NCBI GenBank assembly: GCA_965197725.1
Contig: CBDANQ010000060.1
Span: forward strand, 32,001 to 96,000
Direction: 5' to 3'
DNA: 64,000 bases
Source of the DNA: Longimicrobiales bacterium
Lineage (GTDB): Bacteria; Gemmatimonadota; Gemmatimonadetes; Longimicrobiales; Gaopeijiaceae
Part shown: positions 11,187 to 21,368 of the stretch, piece after piece
Numbering within the stretch: the first letter of the stretch is position 1
Layout: each line of letters begins with the position of its first letter
Position numbers and translations under genes: made by a program
The notes under the pieces: generated by a model
The model's database searches: none
The model's input: the letters and a program-made list of their open reading frames with translations, nothing else
Told to the model about the DNA's origin: nothing

Positions 11187-11498
11187 TCAGCTCTTCGAAC
11201 CACCGCGTGACGAGGGTGAGCGTGCCGTCGCCGAGCTCTGGCGCCCCGGTTGAATCGTTCGAAGGTCAATATCGCGGCTTGGCGCAGGGTCGGTTAGGAG
11301 CGTCTGGCTCGTGAATCCCGCGAAGGTCGGCTCGTTCTCCTCCGTACCGTAGAAATTCACCGCGCTGAGTTCCTCCCAAAACGCCATGGAAAGCCGTTTC
11401 CCCGTCAGCGCTCTGGTCCACCTCCCGGTGATCCACTGGAGAGCCAGTGCGATCAAGGCCCCCATGAGCGCCGAAACCACCTGCGGAAGTTCGAGCAT
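11187..11498 (-). CDS. Hypothetical membrane-anchored protein (probably truncated)
   Basis: N-terminal TM helix; ATG overlaps the TGA of the kinase-fragment mini-ORF. Confidence 0.35.
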   Translation of the reverse strand: MLELPQVVSALMGALIALALQWITGRWTRALTGKRLSMAFWEELSAVNFYGTEENEPTFAGFTSQTLLTDPAPSRDIDLRTIQPGRQSSATARSPSSRGGSKS

Positions 11499-11593
11499 CA
11501 GTTGTGTCGTCTGGCCATCCCGCCTTCACCGAGTTCTCGCTCAATGCGGTAGCGGCCTTCTAGGGCTGCGTTCCGGCGGGTGATGGCGGACAT
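11498..11593 (-). pseudogene. 5' fragment of Ser/Thr protein kinase gene
   Basis: MSAITRRNAALEGRYRIERELGEGGMA, nearly the same as the N-terminus of the kinase at 42990. Confidence 0.75.
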
Positions 11594-11714
11594 GCGAGCA
11601 AGATGGGAGTGCAGCCCTAACCCAGCGAGGCTACTTTTCTCCCGGGTGAGGGGACACGCACCCGGGGTGCGTGGGGAAGGGATTTCTCTAACTGCCGACG
11701 GCAGCGAGACGCTC

Positions 11715-13580
11715 ATGAATTGGCACCGGTTCCGACCAGTCGTCCTCATCGCTTTCCAGATCGTTTTTTTGGGACGACACCCGCTCTCTGCGCAGGCGCT
11801 CGAGTCGATTATCGCAAATGACAATAGAGTGCCGGCCGGGGAGTTGCGAGACGGTGTCCTGAGCTTGCAGCTCGAGTTACGCAGGGGCATTTGGCACCCG
11901 GAAGGTGAGGACGGTGAGGCCATTCCAGTCTACGCGTTCGGCGAAGTGGGAAAGCCGCTTCAGATTCCGGGTCCGCTCGTCCGCGTGCCGCAGGGAACCG
12001 TCATCGAAATCTCGGTGCACAACACACTCGGAGTCGAGGCGGTTTTATTCGGATTGCACCAGCGCCCTGGCGATGCCGAGGAGGTAGTGACCATCGAGGA
12101 TGACGCGCAGCACGTAGCGAGTTTCTTGTCGGGCACCCCGGGCACCTATCTGTATTGGGGCCGGACGCCCGACGGAGGACGTGGTGACCGTCGGGTCAAG
12201 GACTCCCTACTCGGGGGGGCGCTTGTGGTCGATGCGCCAGGTGCCCCCACGGACGATCGAATCTTCGTGGTAGAGCGCTGGAACGGACCGACGCGCACGG
12301 CCATCAATGGGAAGTCGTGGCCGTTCACGGAGCGGCTTACGTACGAGGCCGGCGAACCCGTCCACTGGCGCGTGGTCAACGCGTCGGACCTCAGCCACCC
12401 GATGCATCTACACGGATTGCACTTCAACGTCGATGGGGTAGGGGACGGGGAGAGTTACCGCAGGTACGCCGATGAAGAGCGCCCACTGGTGTTCACTCAG
12501 AATGTGGAGATCGGCGAGACATTCGACATGACCTGGGTGCCCCACGAGCCGGGCGGATGGTTGTTCCATTGCCACCGACTGCCCCACATGAGACTTCCGA
12601 TCGATCTGGACCCCGCTGACGTGATGGTCGCGGACGACCACGAAGAAGCGGAGGGTGACCCGTTGTACGCGGGGATGGGCGGGATGATTTTACACATCAC
12701 GGTGACCGGGCCTCATCTCGAGACACCTGAAGAGGTATGGCGGTCGGCGCGCAAGCTGGAACTCGAGGTGGCGACACGAGACGGGGACTCGCGTTTCTAT
12801 AAGCTCACGTTGCGGGAGCCGGCTCTCGCCTCCTCGATACCGGAGGGGGTGGCGGGGCCAGCGCTGTCTGGCCCGCTGATCGTACTCGAGCAAGGCGAGC
12901 CCGTTGAGATAGCGGTGGTCAACCACCTCGATGCCGCGACCGCTATCCACTGGCACGGCATGGAGCTAGAGAGCTACTACGACGGAGTCCCCATCCTATC
13001 GGGGATCGGCAATAAACGGGCGCCGCCGGTGGAGCCGGGGCAGACGTTCGTAGCCCGGATGACACCACCCCGCGCGGGAACGTTCATGTACCACACGCAT
13101 TGGCACGACGCCCGGCAGCTCACGGGCGGAGTCCATGGCCGGTTGATCGTGATGCCACAGGGAGCGACGTACGATCCCGCCACAGACAAGACGTTCCTGT
13201 TCACCCAGAGTCCTGGCGATCCGTTCGGAGCCGCGATGCTGCTAGTGAACGGTGTCCCCCAGCCACCGGTGATGCAGCTCACGATCGGGACGAAGTACCG
13301 CTTCCGGTTCATGAACGTAACGCCTTCCGTGGCGAACCTCCGTGTGTCCCTGAGGCAGGCCGGCGTTCCGGTAGAGTGGCGTGCGGTAGCCAAGGACGCA
13401 GTCGACCTCCCTGCATCTCAAGCCACGATGAGGCGAGCGGATCTGCAGATTTCCGTCGGTGAGACGTATGACTTTGAGTTCGAGGCAACGGCACCAGGGG
13501 AGCTAACGCTTGAGGGTGTGCAGCCCAACGATAAACGGCGCGTGGTGCAGACGTTGGTGTTCACGGGCTCACCTGGGTAG
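11715..13580 (+). CDS. Multicopper oxidase, four cupredoxin-like domains
   Basis: Signal peptide; HPMHLHG, WLFHCHRLPHM, AIHWHG and YHTHWH copper motifs. Confidence 0.85.
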   Translation: MNWHRFRPVVLIAFQIVFLGRHPLSAQALESIIANDNRVPAGELRDGVLSLQLELRRGIWHPEGEDGEAIPVYAFGEVGKPLQIPGPLVRVPQGTVIEISVHNTLGVEAVLFGLHQRPGDAEEVVTIEDDAQHVASFLSGTPGTYLYWGRTPDGGRGDRRVKDSLLGGALVVDAPGAPTDDRIFVVERWNGPTRTAINGKSWPFTERLTYEAGEPVHWRVVNASDLSHPMHLHGLHFNVDGVGDGESYRRYADEERPLVFTQNVEIGETFDMTWVPHEPGGWLFHCHRLPHMRLPIDLDPADVMVADDHEEAEGDPLYAGMGGMILHITVTGPHLETPEEVWRSARKLELEVATRDGDSRFYKLTLREPALASSIPEGVAGPALSGPLIVLEQGEPVEIAVVNHLDAATAIHWHGMELESYYDGVPILSGIGNKRAPPVEPGQTFVARMTPPRAGTFMYHTHWHDARQLTGGVHGRLIVMPQGATYDPATDKTFLFTQSPGDPFGAAMLLVNGVPQPPVMQLTIGTKYRFRFMNVTPSVANLRVSLRQAGVPVEWRAVAKDAVDLPASQATMRRADLQISVGETYDFEFEATAPGELTLEGVQPNDKRRVVQTLVFTGSPG

Positions 13581-13648
13581 AGACCGACCCCACGGCGCCA
13601 CGAGCGTAGGGGTGCGTAACCCGAGGACCCAGTTAGCTTCACGACCCA

Positions 13649-13727
13649 CGCCGATGCCGCGGCTGTCGCCGCCGACGCTGCCGGTATTGCCGCCGATGCC
13701 GTGGCTGTCGCCGCCGACGCTGCTGGT
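13649..13727. repeat. Tandem repeat, 2 x 37 bp with 42-bp period
   Basis: CGCCGATGCCGYGGCTGTCGCCGCCGACGCTGCYGGT at 13649 and 13691, between convergent genes. Confidence 0.85.
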
Positions 13728-13752
13728 TGTCCCTGCTGCCGGCGCCTACTAC

Positions 13753-15107
13753 TTATTGCTGCTGGTCGGTGTCCATCCAACCGGTGTGACCGCTCGGCGC
13801 CCGAACGTACAGATAGCCCTCGTAGCGACCGAGCACTGGGACCTGCTCGCCGGGGTCGAGCCGGACGATCACGAGCGCATCGTCGTTGGGCTCGAGCAAC
13901 ACCGCTTCTCCCGCCGCCGAGACCTGCGAGCTGAGCGGCGGGTCGACCGGTTCTGTGAGTCGCGCCGCTACGTAGCCATAGATTCCATCCGGGGATCGCA
14001 CGCGGAAGTACTCACCGGAGCCGCCGAGTATACGCAGGGGCGTGTATTGGCCGAGCTCTCGGATTATGGCGCCGTGACGTCCGGGCGTCGCACGCAGTCG
14101 AATCCCGTCGTTGACCAGGCGCACCCATTCGCCGAGCTGATCGAGGGCCGCGGTCTGCTCCGCGAGCGTGCCGCGCGGCGGATTCAGGAAGGGGAAGGGA
14201 TCCACGGCGCCTCGGCGGTCAAGGCCGAAGTGAAGGTGGGGTGGCGTGGTGCGCGCGTTGCCGGTATTGCCGACGAACCCCACCGTGTCGCCGATCTGGA
14301 CTTCGTCTCCGGTACGCACGTGCTGACTGTCGAGGTGCGCGTAGTAGATGTTCGCGTTGCGAACGGGGTCCCTCACCCACACGACCTTGCCGCCCAGATT
14401 CGTGATCCCGACTCGGTTGACCCGGCCGGCGGATGCCGCCAGCACCGGCGTTCCGCGACGCGCGAAGATGTCCACGCCGGCGTGGCTGCGACGGCCACCG
14501 TCCCGCTTGACGCCGAAGATGCTCTGCACGCCCCGCATGCCGTACCCTTCCACAGGGAACGCCAGCTGCGCTTCCACCGTGAGCGTCACACCGTACGTGC
14601 CGCCCCGCAGCAGTTCGGGTTGCAGCCGGAGCACGTACTCGCCACCTCTCCACGGCTCGACGACGAAACTGCCCGGCACCGAATCGCTCGAGAGCACGGG
14701 CCTAAGGGGGTCGTCCTCGTCCGCGGGCACTCGGAAGAGATCGATGAAGACGCGCGTTTGCTCGCTGGAGTTGAGCGTCACTTCGGCCGTGAGCCGCTGA
14801 CCACGTGCGATCGAGACGCGATACGCCATCGCACCGGGATCCTCCGCACTGATGAGATGAATCCCTCTTCGTGGAACGGAAGCGACACCGAAGCTGGAGA
14901 CTCGACGGCCTCGCGACCCGCCGTGATCCAATCGCGCCCCAGAGCGGTCTCGACGAGGCCGGCGTCCGCCAACGACGCCTCGTAGGCTTCGTACGGCGTC
15001 ATGTCCCGGAAGCGGTCCTGAACCCGCTCGACCTCCTCGCACGCCGTCAGGGCAGCCAACGCCACCACGGCGATGGCCCATTCCCACCGTTTTGCACCCC
15101 TCGTCAT
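13753..15107 (-). pseudogene. M23 peptidase lipoprotein with SH3-like domains, frameshifted by a 5-bp duplication
   Basis: Lipobox LTAC; HAGVDIFA, YYAHL, PHLHFG M23 motifs; GATGAGATGA at 14851-14860 shifts the frame (EGFI|SAEDPG). Confidence 0.82.
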
Positions 15108-15307
15108 GTCCCTCGTACCGCCCGTGTCCTGTGAGAATCCATCCACATGCAATCCTTGTGTAGGCGTATTCACTCCTTCGAGTCCCTCCTCGAAGCTGAC
15201 CTTCTCCTGCTGCATCGGTCAAGCGGATAAATTGTAGCGGACACGGCTCCCGGTTAGTATTTCGGCCCACTCCCGGGCACTTCTTCAACAGCCTTCTAGT
15301 ATCGACC

Positions 15308-16579
15308 ATGGTACGAATCGCCGAAATCGAAGCTGGCAGCATCGCCGACGAGCTCAGTCTCGAGATCGGCACACGGATCGTGCGTATCAACGGCGAACCG
15401 GTCCGCGACGGCATCGATCTGACGTTCCTGCTCGCGGACACTGACCTCGAGCTCGAGACCGTCTGTCCGGACGGGGAGGTGGTGCAGTACGAGATCGAGC
15501 GCGAGCCGGGCACGCCGATGGGGATCGTGCCGGCTCCGGACACGATCCGGGAGTGCGCGAACGAGTGCGTGTTCTGCTTCATCGACGGGAACCCGGAGGA
15601 CGCCCGTCCGACGCTCTGGCTGCGTGACGACGACTTCCGGCTCTCGTTCACCTACGGCAGCTACGTCACGCTGACCAACCTCGGGCCGAAGGGCCTGCAG
15701 CGACTCATCGATCAGCGTATCTCGCCGCTCTACGTGAGCGTGCACGCGACGGAGCCGGAGGTGCGAGAGCGGCTGCTGGTCAACCACAGAGCCGGCCTGA
15801 TCATGAGCCAGCTGCGTGAATTGATCGGGGGAGGGCTCGAAGTCCACACGCAGATCGTGCTTTGTCCCGAGTGGAACGACGGACCCCATCTCGACCGCAC
15901 GATCGAGGATCTGTGGAGCCTGGGGCCGTCCGTCCGTTCGCTCTCCGTCGTACCGGTCGGGCTCACGCGGTACAACGTCAACCGACCCGTGCGCCCACTC
16001 ATGCCGTCAGAGGCAGGGGCGGCGATCGACCGAGTCGATCACGCGCGCGAGCTCGGTCTCGCGGAACGGGACCTCGGATGGTGCTACGCGGCCGACGAGA
16101 TGTACCTCATCGCGGGCCGGCCCGTGCCGGACGCAGCGTACTATGACGATGGTGCGCTGTACGAGAACGGGGTCGGAGCGATCCGCCGCTTCGTCGATGG
16201 CTTCGACGCGGGGCTCGCGACCGTGCCGCGCTTCGAAGGGCGGCGCGTCCGTCTCGTGACGGGGCTCTCGATGTCGCCGTATTTGCGGGAACGTAGCGAC
16301 CGCCTCGCGGCTGCTACGGGTGCCGACGTCGAGGTCGTCGAGGTCCGGAACAAGTACTTTGGCGAGTCGGTTACCATCGCCGGACTGCTCGGCGGGCGGG
16401 ATATCTTGGAAGCCCTCGGCGACTCACGGGACGGAGACGTCATCGTGCTGCCGGCAGAGGCGCTCAGCGCGGAAGATGCCTTCATCGACGATCTTGCGCA
16501 GTCCGAGCTCGTGGCGGCGCTCGCTCCTGCCCAGATCCGCACCGGGTACGAGATCACTGAAGCGCTGAGGGTCGCTTGA
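15308..16579 (+). CDS. PDZ + DUF512 Fe-S oxidoreductase (radical-SAM-like)
   Basis: CANECVFCF (CxxxCxxC), DDDFRLSF, VVPVGLT, ENGVG; commonly found upstream of der. Confidence 0.88.
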   Translation: MVRIAEIEAGSIADELSLEIGTRIVRINGEPVRDGIDLTFLLADTDLELETVCPDGEVVQYEIEREPGTPMGIVPAPDTIRECANECVFCFIDGNPEDARPTLWLRDDDFRLSFTYGSYVTLTNLGPKGLQRLIDQRISPLYVSVHATEPEVRERLLVNHRAGLIMSQLRELIGGGLEVHTQIVLCPEWNDGPHLDRTIEDLWSLGPSVRSLSVVPVGLTRYNVNRPVRPLMPSEAGAAIDRVDHARELGLAERDLGWCYAADEMYLIAGRPVPDAAYYDDGALYENGVGAIRRFVDGFDAGLATVPRFEGRRVRLVTGLSMSPYLRERSDRLAAATGADVEVVEVRNKYFGESVTIAGLLGGRDILEALGDSRDGDVIVLPAEALSAEDAFIDDLAQSELVAALAPAQIRTGYEITEALRVA

Positions 16580-17904
16580 ACCGGCGGCTTCCCGTCATCG
16601 CGATCGTCGGGCGGCCGAACGTCGGGAAGTCGACGTTCTTCAACCGAGTGATCGGCTCCCGCGTCGCGATCGTCGATGACCGTCCGGGAGTCACTCGGGA
16701 CCGCAACTTCGCCGCGACGGACTGGGCCGGGCATCACTTCTTCATCGTCGATACCGGCGGCGTCATCGAGGGTAGCCACGAGCCACTCGACCGGGCGATC
16801 CGGCATCAGGCGTTCGCGGCGGTCCAAGAGGCCGACCTGATCCTGTTCCTCGTCGATGGCAAGGAGGGTGTGCACCCGCTCGACGAGGCCCTCGCCGAAG
16901 TGCTGAGGAAGACGGCGAAGCCGGTCCTCCTGGTAGCGAACAAGATCGACAACCTGCCGCACGATCAGAGTCACCTCGACTTTTGGTCGCTCGGCATCGG
17001 AGAGCCGATCGCGGTGAGCGCACTTTCCGGCAAGGGTTCGGGTGATCTGCTCGATCAGGTGCTCGAGGCTCTACCCGAGGCGCTCGAAGCCGAAGACGGA
17101 GACGACACCGTCCGCGTTGCGGTTGTCGGAAAACCCAACGTCGGCAAGTCGAGCTTCGTGAACCGGCTCATCGGTGAGGACCGAGTCGTCGTGTCGGAGG
17201 TTGCCGGCACGACCCGGGACCCGATCGATACCCCCTTCCGCTACCACGGAAAGACGCTGGTCTTCATCGATACGGCCGGGCTGCGCAGGCACACGAAGGT
17301 CAAGGACAGCCTCGAGTACTACAGCGCTCTCCGGACCGAACGGGCCGTATACGAGGCCGACGTATGCGTGGTGCTGATCGACTGCAGTGAGGAGGAGTTG
17401 CACGCCCAGGACGTGAAGATTCTCCAGACCGCTTGGGAGGCCGGCAAGGCGGTGATCTTGCTCGCGAACAAGTGGGATCTTGTCGAGAAGGACACGATGA
17501 CCGCGCCGGACTTCCAGAAGACCATGCGGCAACACATTCCGTTCCTGCAGTGGGTACCGATGGTCTTCACGTCCGCGCTCACCGGCCAACGCGTTCGGAA
17601 ATGCCTCAATCTGATCCTGGAGGTGTTCGAAGAGCGCCGTCGCCGGATCGAGACGCACGAGGTCAACGCCATCATGGAGGCGTTGCTCCGTCGTCAGCCA
17701 CCGCCGCTCCATAGAGGTCGCCGCGTGCAGGTGAAGTACGCGACCCAGATCACCGTGGCTCCCCCGACGTTCGCCATCTTCTCGAATTTCCCGAAGGCGC
17801 TGCCCGCGAGCTACGTTCGCTTCCTCCACAACGGCTTTCGGGATGCCTGGACCTTCATGGGCACCCCGATCCGCCTTCGTTTCCGGAGCGGCAAAGACAA
17901 GTGA
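16576..17904 (+). CDS. der: Ribosome biogenesis GTPase Der
   Basis: Two tandem G domains (GRPNVGKS, DTGG, NKID; GKPNVGKS, DTAG, NKWD) plus KH-like C-terminus. Confidence 0.97.
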   Translation: MNRRLPVIAIVGRPNVGKSTFFNRVIGSRVAIVDDRPGVTRDRNFAATDWAGHHFFIVDTGGVIEGSHEPLDRAIRHQAFAAVQEADLILFLVDGKEGVHPLDEALAEVLRKTAKPVLLVANKIDNLPHDQSHLDFWSLGIGEPIAVSALSGKGSGDLLDQVLEALPEALEAEDGDDTVRVAVVGKPNVGKSSFVNRLIGEDRVVVSEVAGTTRDPIDTPFRYHGKTLVFIDTAGLRRHTKVKDSLEYYSALRTERAVYEADVCVVLIDCSEEELHAQDVKILQTAWEAGKAVILLANKWDLVEKDTMTAPDFQKTMRQHIPFLQWVPMVFTSALTGQRVRKCLNLILEVFEERRRRIETHEVNAIMEALLRRQPPPLHRGRRVQVKYATQITVAPPTFAIFSNFPKALPASYVRFLHNGFRDAWTFMGTPIRLRFRSGKDK

Positions 17905-18548
17905 CCTACGCTCTGCTCGCACTTTCCTACCTGCTCGGCGCGACGCCGACGAGCTACTGGATGGGAAGAGCGTTCCACGGGCTTGATCTCCGCGGGCACG
18001 GATCCGGCAACCTGGGCGCGACCAACGTTTTCAGGATCTTAGGTCCGAAGTGGGCTTTGCCGGTCGTTGCTCTCGATGTCACGAAAGGTTTCGTCCCAGT
18101 CTGGTTCTTCCCGAGCATGGTGGATGGGGGCCTGGGATGGACGCTCGCGTTCGGGGGCGCGGCGATCGTTGGGCACATCTACTCCCTGTGGGTCGGTTTC
18201 AAGGGCGGGAAGGGGATTGCCACCAGCGCCGGAGTCTTCCTCGCCCTGGCGCCTTGGGCGGTGCTCGGCGCTTTCGTCGTTTGGCTCGTCCTGACGTTGT
18301 CTACCGGGTATGTCTCGCTCGGCTCCATGGGTGCCGCGGCCACGCTGCCGGTGTTCGTGGCGCTGACGCCTCACCGGGGCGACACCGCGCTGATCTGGTT
18401 CGCCGTGATGCTCGCGTTCTTCGTCTTATGGGCCCACCGCGCGAACGTGCTACGGCTGCTACGGGGGACCGAGAGCCGATTCGGGAAGTCCCAGGTGGAC
18501 GACGCCAACAAGACCGACGGCGCTGATCCTGCCGAGGCGGCGCCATGA
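17901..18548 (+). CDS. plsY: Glycerol-3-phosphate acyltransferase
   Basis: GSGNLGATN, FKGGKGIAT, HRANVLRL motifs; multi-TM. Confidence 0.95.
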   Translation: MTYALLALSYLLGATPTSYWMGRAFHGLDLRGHGSGNLGATNVFRILGPKWALPVVALDVTKGFVPVWFFPSMVDGGLGWTLAFGGAAIVGHIYSLWVGFKGGKGIATSAGVFLALAPWAVLGAFVVWLVLTLSTGYVSLGSMGAAATLPVFVALTPHRGDTALIWFAVMLAFFVLWAHRANVLRLLRGTESRFGKSQVDDANKTDGADPAEAAP

Positions 18549-19558
18549 GCGATTCGCTCCCGATCACCGTGGTGGGTGCCGGTGCCTGGGGCACGGCGCT
18601 CTCGGCGCTGCTCGCCAGGAAGGGGCACGCAGTCACGATTTGGTCCTACGAGCCCGAGATCGCCGAGTCGATCAACCAGCGTCGCCTCAACCCGTATCTG
18701 TCCGATGTCTCGCTGCCCGAGGGACTGTGCGCCGAAACGGAGCTGGCCCGCGCGGTCCGAGGCGCGGACGTGGTGCTCTCGGCGAGCCCGTCCCAATTCG
18801 TGCGAGCGGTCATGGCCGAGGCGGCGGGGAGCCTAGCTCCCGGCGCATTGATCGTGAGCGCCTCCAAGGGCATCGAGCTCGGCTCACTTCTGTGTATGGA
18901 CAAGGTGCTCGATGGTGTGCTCTCACGGGCGCACATGCAGCGGTTTTGCGCGCTCTCCGGCCCCAGCTTCGCGCGCGAGGTCGCCGCCGGATCGCCGACA
19001 GCGGTCGTCGTCGCGGGCCGCACGGAGGAAGCCGCGGAGCAGGCGCAGGACATTTTCCAGACCCCGTACTTCCGCGTGTACACGAACACCGACGTCGTGG
19101 GGGTCGAACTCGGCGGCGCGCTCAAGAACGTCATGGCGCTTGCGGCCGGGATATCCGTCGGTCTCGGATACGGCCACAACACGATGGCCGGGCTCATCAC
19201 GCGGGGGCTCGCGGAAATGACGCGGCTCGGGGTCGCGATGGGCGCTGAGACAGCTACTTTCTCGGGGCTGGCCGGTATGGGCGACCTCGTGCTCACATGT
19301 ACGGGATCGCTGAGCCGGAACCGGACGGTCGGCTATCAGTTGGGGCAGGGAGAGTCTCTCGATGAGATCCTGGCGGAGATGACCGCGGTGGCCGAGGGCG
19401 TGAAGACCGCAGCAGCGGTGCACGAGCTCGCTGCCCGGCTCGGCGTCGAGATGCCGATCGTGGAGCAGGTGTATCACATCGTGCAGGAAAAGCAACGTCC
19501 CGCGGACGCCCTGAAGGAACTCATGCTGCGCGATCCGAAGCCGGAAGACTGGAAATGA
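18545..19558 (+). CDS. gpsA: NAD(P)H-dependent glycerol-3-phosphate dehydrogenase
   Basis: GAGAWGTAL, SGPSFA, ELGGALKN, GLAGMGDLVLTC, SRN. Confidence 0.96.
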   Translation: MSDSLPITVVGAGAWGTALSALLARKGHAVTIWSYEPEIAESINQRRLNPYLSDVSLPEGLCAETELARAVRGADVVLSASPSQFVRAVMAEAAGSLAPGALIVSASKGIELGSLLCMDKVLDGVLSRAHMQRFCALSGPSFAREVAAGSPTAVVVAGRTEEAAEQAQDIFQTPYFRVYTNTDVVGVELGGALKNVMALAAGISVGLGYGHNTMAGLITRGLAEMTRLGVAMGAETATFSGLAGMGDLVLTCTGSLSRNRTVGYQLGQGESLDEILAEMTAVAEGVKTAAAVHELAARLGVEMPIVEQVYHIVQEKQRPADALKELMLRDPKPEDWK

Positions 19559-19571
19559 GCGAACGGGAGCG

Positions 19572-19946
19572 GTGATGAACGAGCCGATCGCGAAGAAGGT
19601 CTACTACTCCATCGGGGAGGTGTGTGACCTCACGGGCCTCAAGCCGCACGTGCTCCGGTATTGGGAGACCCAGTTCGACGTCCTCAACCCGACCAAGAAC
19701 CGCGCCGGCAATCGCGTGTATCGATCGAAGGAGATCGAGATCATCCTGCTCGTGAAGCATCTTCTCTATGAGAAGAAGTACACGATCGAGGGCGCCAACA
19801 ATCGACTCGTAGAGATGCGCAGGGCGGATGAGTTGGAGCAGGAACGCCAGGACGTGCTCGAGCCGGAATTCCTCGCCGCCATCAAGACCGAGCTCGAAGA
19901 GCTCCGCGAGGTGCTCACGCCAGGCACGGCTTCGGAGCACGGCTGA
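19572..19946 (+). CDS. MerR-family HTH regulator
   Basis: YYSIGEV...HVLRYWE...RVY...YTIEGA. Confidence 0.9.
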   Translation: MMNEPIAKKVYYSIGEVCDLTGLKPHVLRYWETQFDVLNPTKNRAGNRVYRSKEIEIILLVKHLLYEKKYTIEGANNRLVEMRRADELEQERQDVLEPEFLAAIKTELEELREVLTPGTASEHG

Positions 19947-19962
19947 GGGGTAGCCCGCGGCC

Positions 19963-20712
19963 ATGAAGATCCTGTGCACGAACGACGATGGGTATATGGC
20001 GATCGGGATTCGCGTGCTCGCTTCGGCCGCCAGCGCGCTAGGCAGTGTCAGCACCGTGGCGCCCGATCGGCAACAGAGCGCGACGAGTCACTCCCTCACG
20101 CTACACCATCCGCTGCGGGCGCGCCACACGGTGGACGGGATGTTCGCAGTGGACGGTACTCCGACGGACTGCGTGATCCTGGGTGTGAACGAGCTTCTTT
20201 CCGAGCGGCCTGACATCTGCCTCTCAGGGGTGAACCACGGTCCGAACATGGGCGAAGACGTGCTCTATTCGGGAACCGTCGCCGCGGCCATGGAGGCTAC
20301 CGTGATGGGCATTCCCTCCATCGCCCTCTCCTACGTAGGAGACCGCTTCGAAGAGCTGGAGGGATGGGAAGCGGTGGTGCAGGCGATCCTCGAGGGACTC
20401 CTCGAGCGCAACGGTTTTCCCGAGGACACGTTGTTCAACGTGAACCTGCCGGCGGTAGCGCCTGACGAAGTGCGCGGCATCAAGGTCACCTCGCTGGGTC
20501 GGCGCCGGTATGCGGACTCGATCCTGCGCGCCAAGGATCCGATGGGCGAGGAGTACTTCTGGATCGGGGGTGGGTCGGTGAGCTGGCGGGGTCCCGAGGA
20601 CTCGGACTTCCAAGCTGTCGAGGACAGCTATGTTTCCGTGACTCCGCTGCACCTGGACCTCACCAACTACAAGCTGCTCGAGGAGATCCGCGCGTGGGAT
20701 CTGGGCCTTTAG
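19963..20712 (+). CDS. surE: 5'/3'-nucleotidase SurE
   Basis: ILCTNDDG, GTPTDCV, SGVNHGPNMG, YSGTVAAAMEA, SVTPL. Confidence 0.96.
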   Translation: MKILCTNDDGYMAIGIRVLASAASALGSVSTVAPDRQQSATSHSLTLHHPLRARHTVDGMFAVDGTPTDCVILGVNELLSERPDICLSGVNHGPNMGEDVLYSGTVAAAMEATVMGIPSIALSYVGDRFEELEGWEAVVQAILEGLLERNGFPEDTLFNVNLPAVAPDEVRGIKVTSLGRRRYADSILRAKDPMGEEYFWIGGGSVSWRGPEDSDFQAVEDSYVSVTPLHLDLTNYKLLEEIRAWDLGL

Positions 20713-21368
20713 ACGACACCCGCTTCGTCGGATACCGGCGTAAGCTCATCGAGGTCATTCGGGCACGAGGGATCGACGACTTCGAGACGCTCCAGTACTT
20801 CGACATGGTGCCGCGTCATACCTTCCTGCCCGAGGGCGTTTGGCCGCGGGCGTACGAGGACGTGCCGATCCCAATCGGGTTCGGGCAGACCGCTTCGCAG
20901 CCGTCCCTGCAGGCGTATTACCTGTCCTTCCTCTCGCCCAAGCGCGACGAGAAAGTGCTCGAGATCGGCACCGGCAGCGGCTTCCTGACCGCGTTGCTCG
21001 CGCTCACGGCGGACCGAGTCTACTCGGTCGAGCGTGTACGGGAGCTGTCCGTACGCGCTCGCAAGGCGCTCGACGGAATGGGTGTAAAGAACGTCGCGCT
21101 GCTCGTAGGCGACGGCACGATCGGTTGGCGCAAGTACGAACCCTTCGACGTGATCGTCGTGTCGGCGGCCTCTCCCTCGATCCCGTCTGCCCTGGTCGAC
21201 CAGCTCGCGGATGGCGGCCGAATGTTGATCCCCGTCGGGTCCAAGGATTCGCAAGAACTCGTGCACGTGCAAAAAACCGGATTCCTCGTCACGGAGGACG
21301 TCGTGAAGGGGGAGGTCAGCTTCGTACCTCTGCTCGGTCGTTTCGCGTGGGCCGAGGGCGGAGGGTGA
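20694..21368 (+). CDS. pcm: Protein-L-isoaspartate O-methyltransferase
   Basis: VPRHTF, IGFGQTASQP, VLEIGTGSGF, FVPLLG; follows surE. Confidence 0.93.
   Translation: MGSGPLDDTRFVGYRRKLIEVIRARGIDDFETLQYFDMVPRHTFLPEGVWPRAYEDVPIPIGFGQTASQPSLQAYYLSFLSPKRDEKVLEIGTGSGFLTALLALTADRVYSVERVRELSVRARKALDGMGVKNVALLVGDGTIGWRKYEPFDVIVVSAASPSIPSALVDQLADGGRMLIPVGSKDSQELVHVQKTGFLVTEDVVKGEVSFVPLLGRFAWAEGGG

Noticed and set aside
13510..14985. 491-aa plus-strand ORF
   Set aside because: Antisense shadow of the M23 peptidase; no recognisable motifs.
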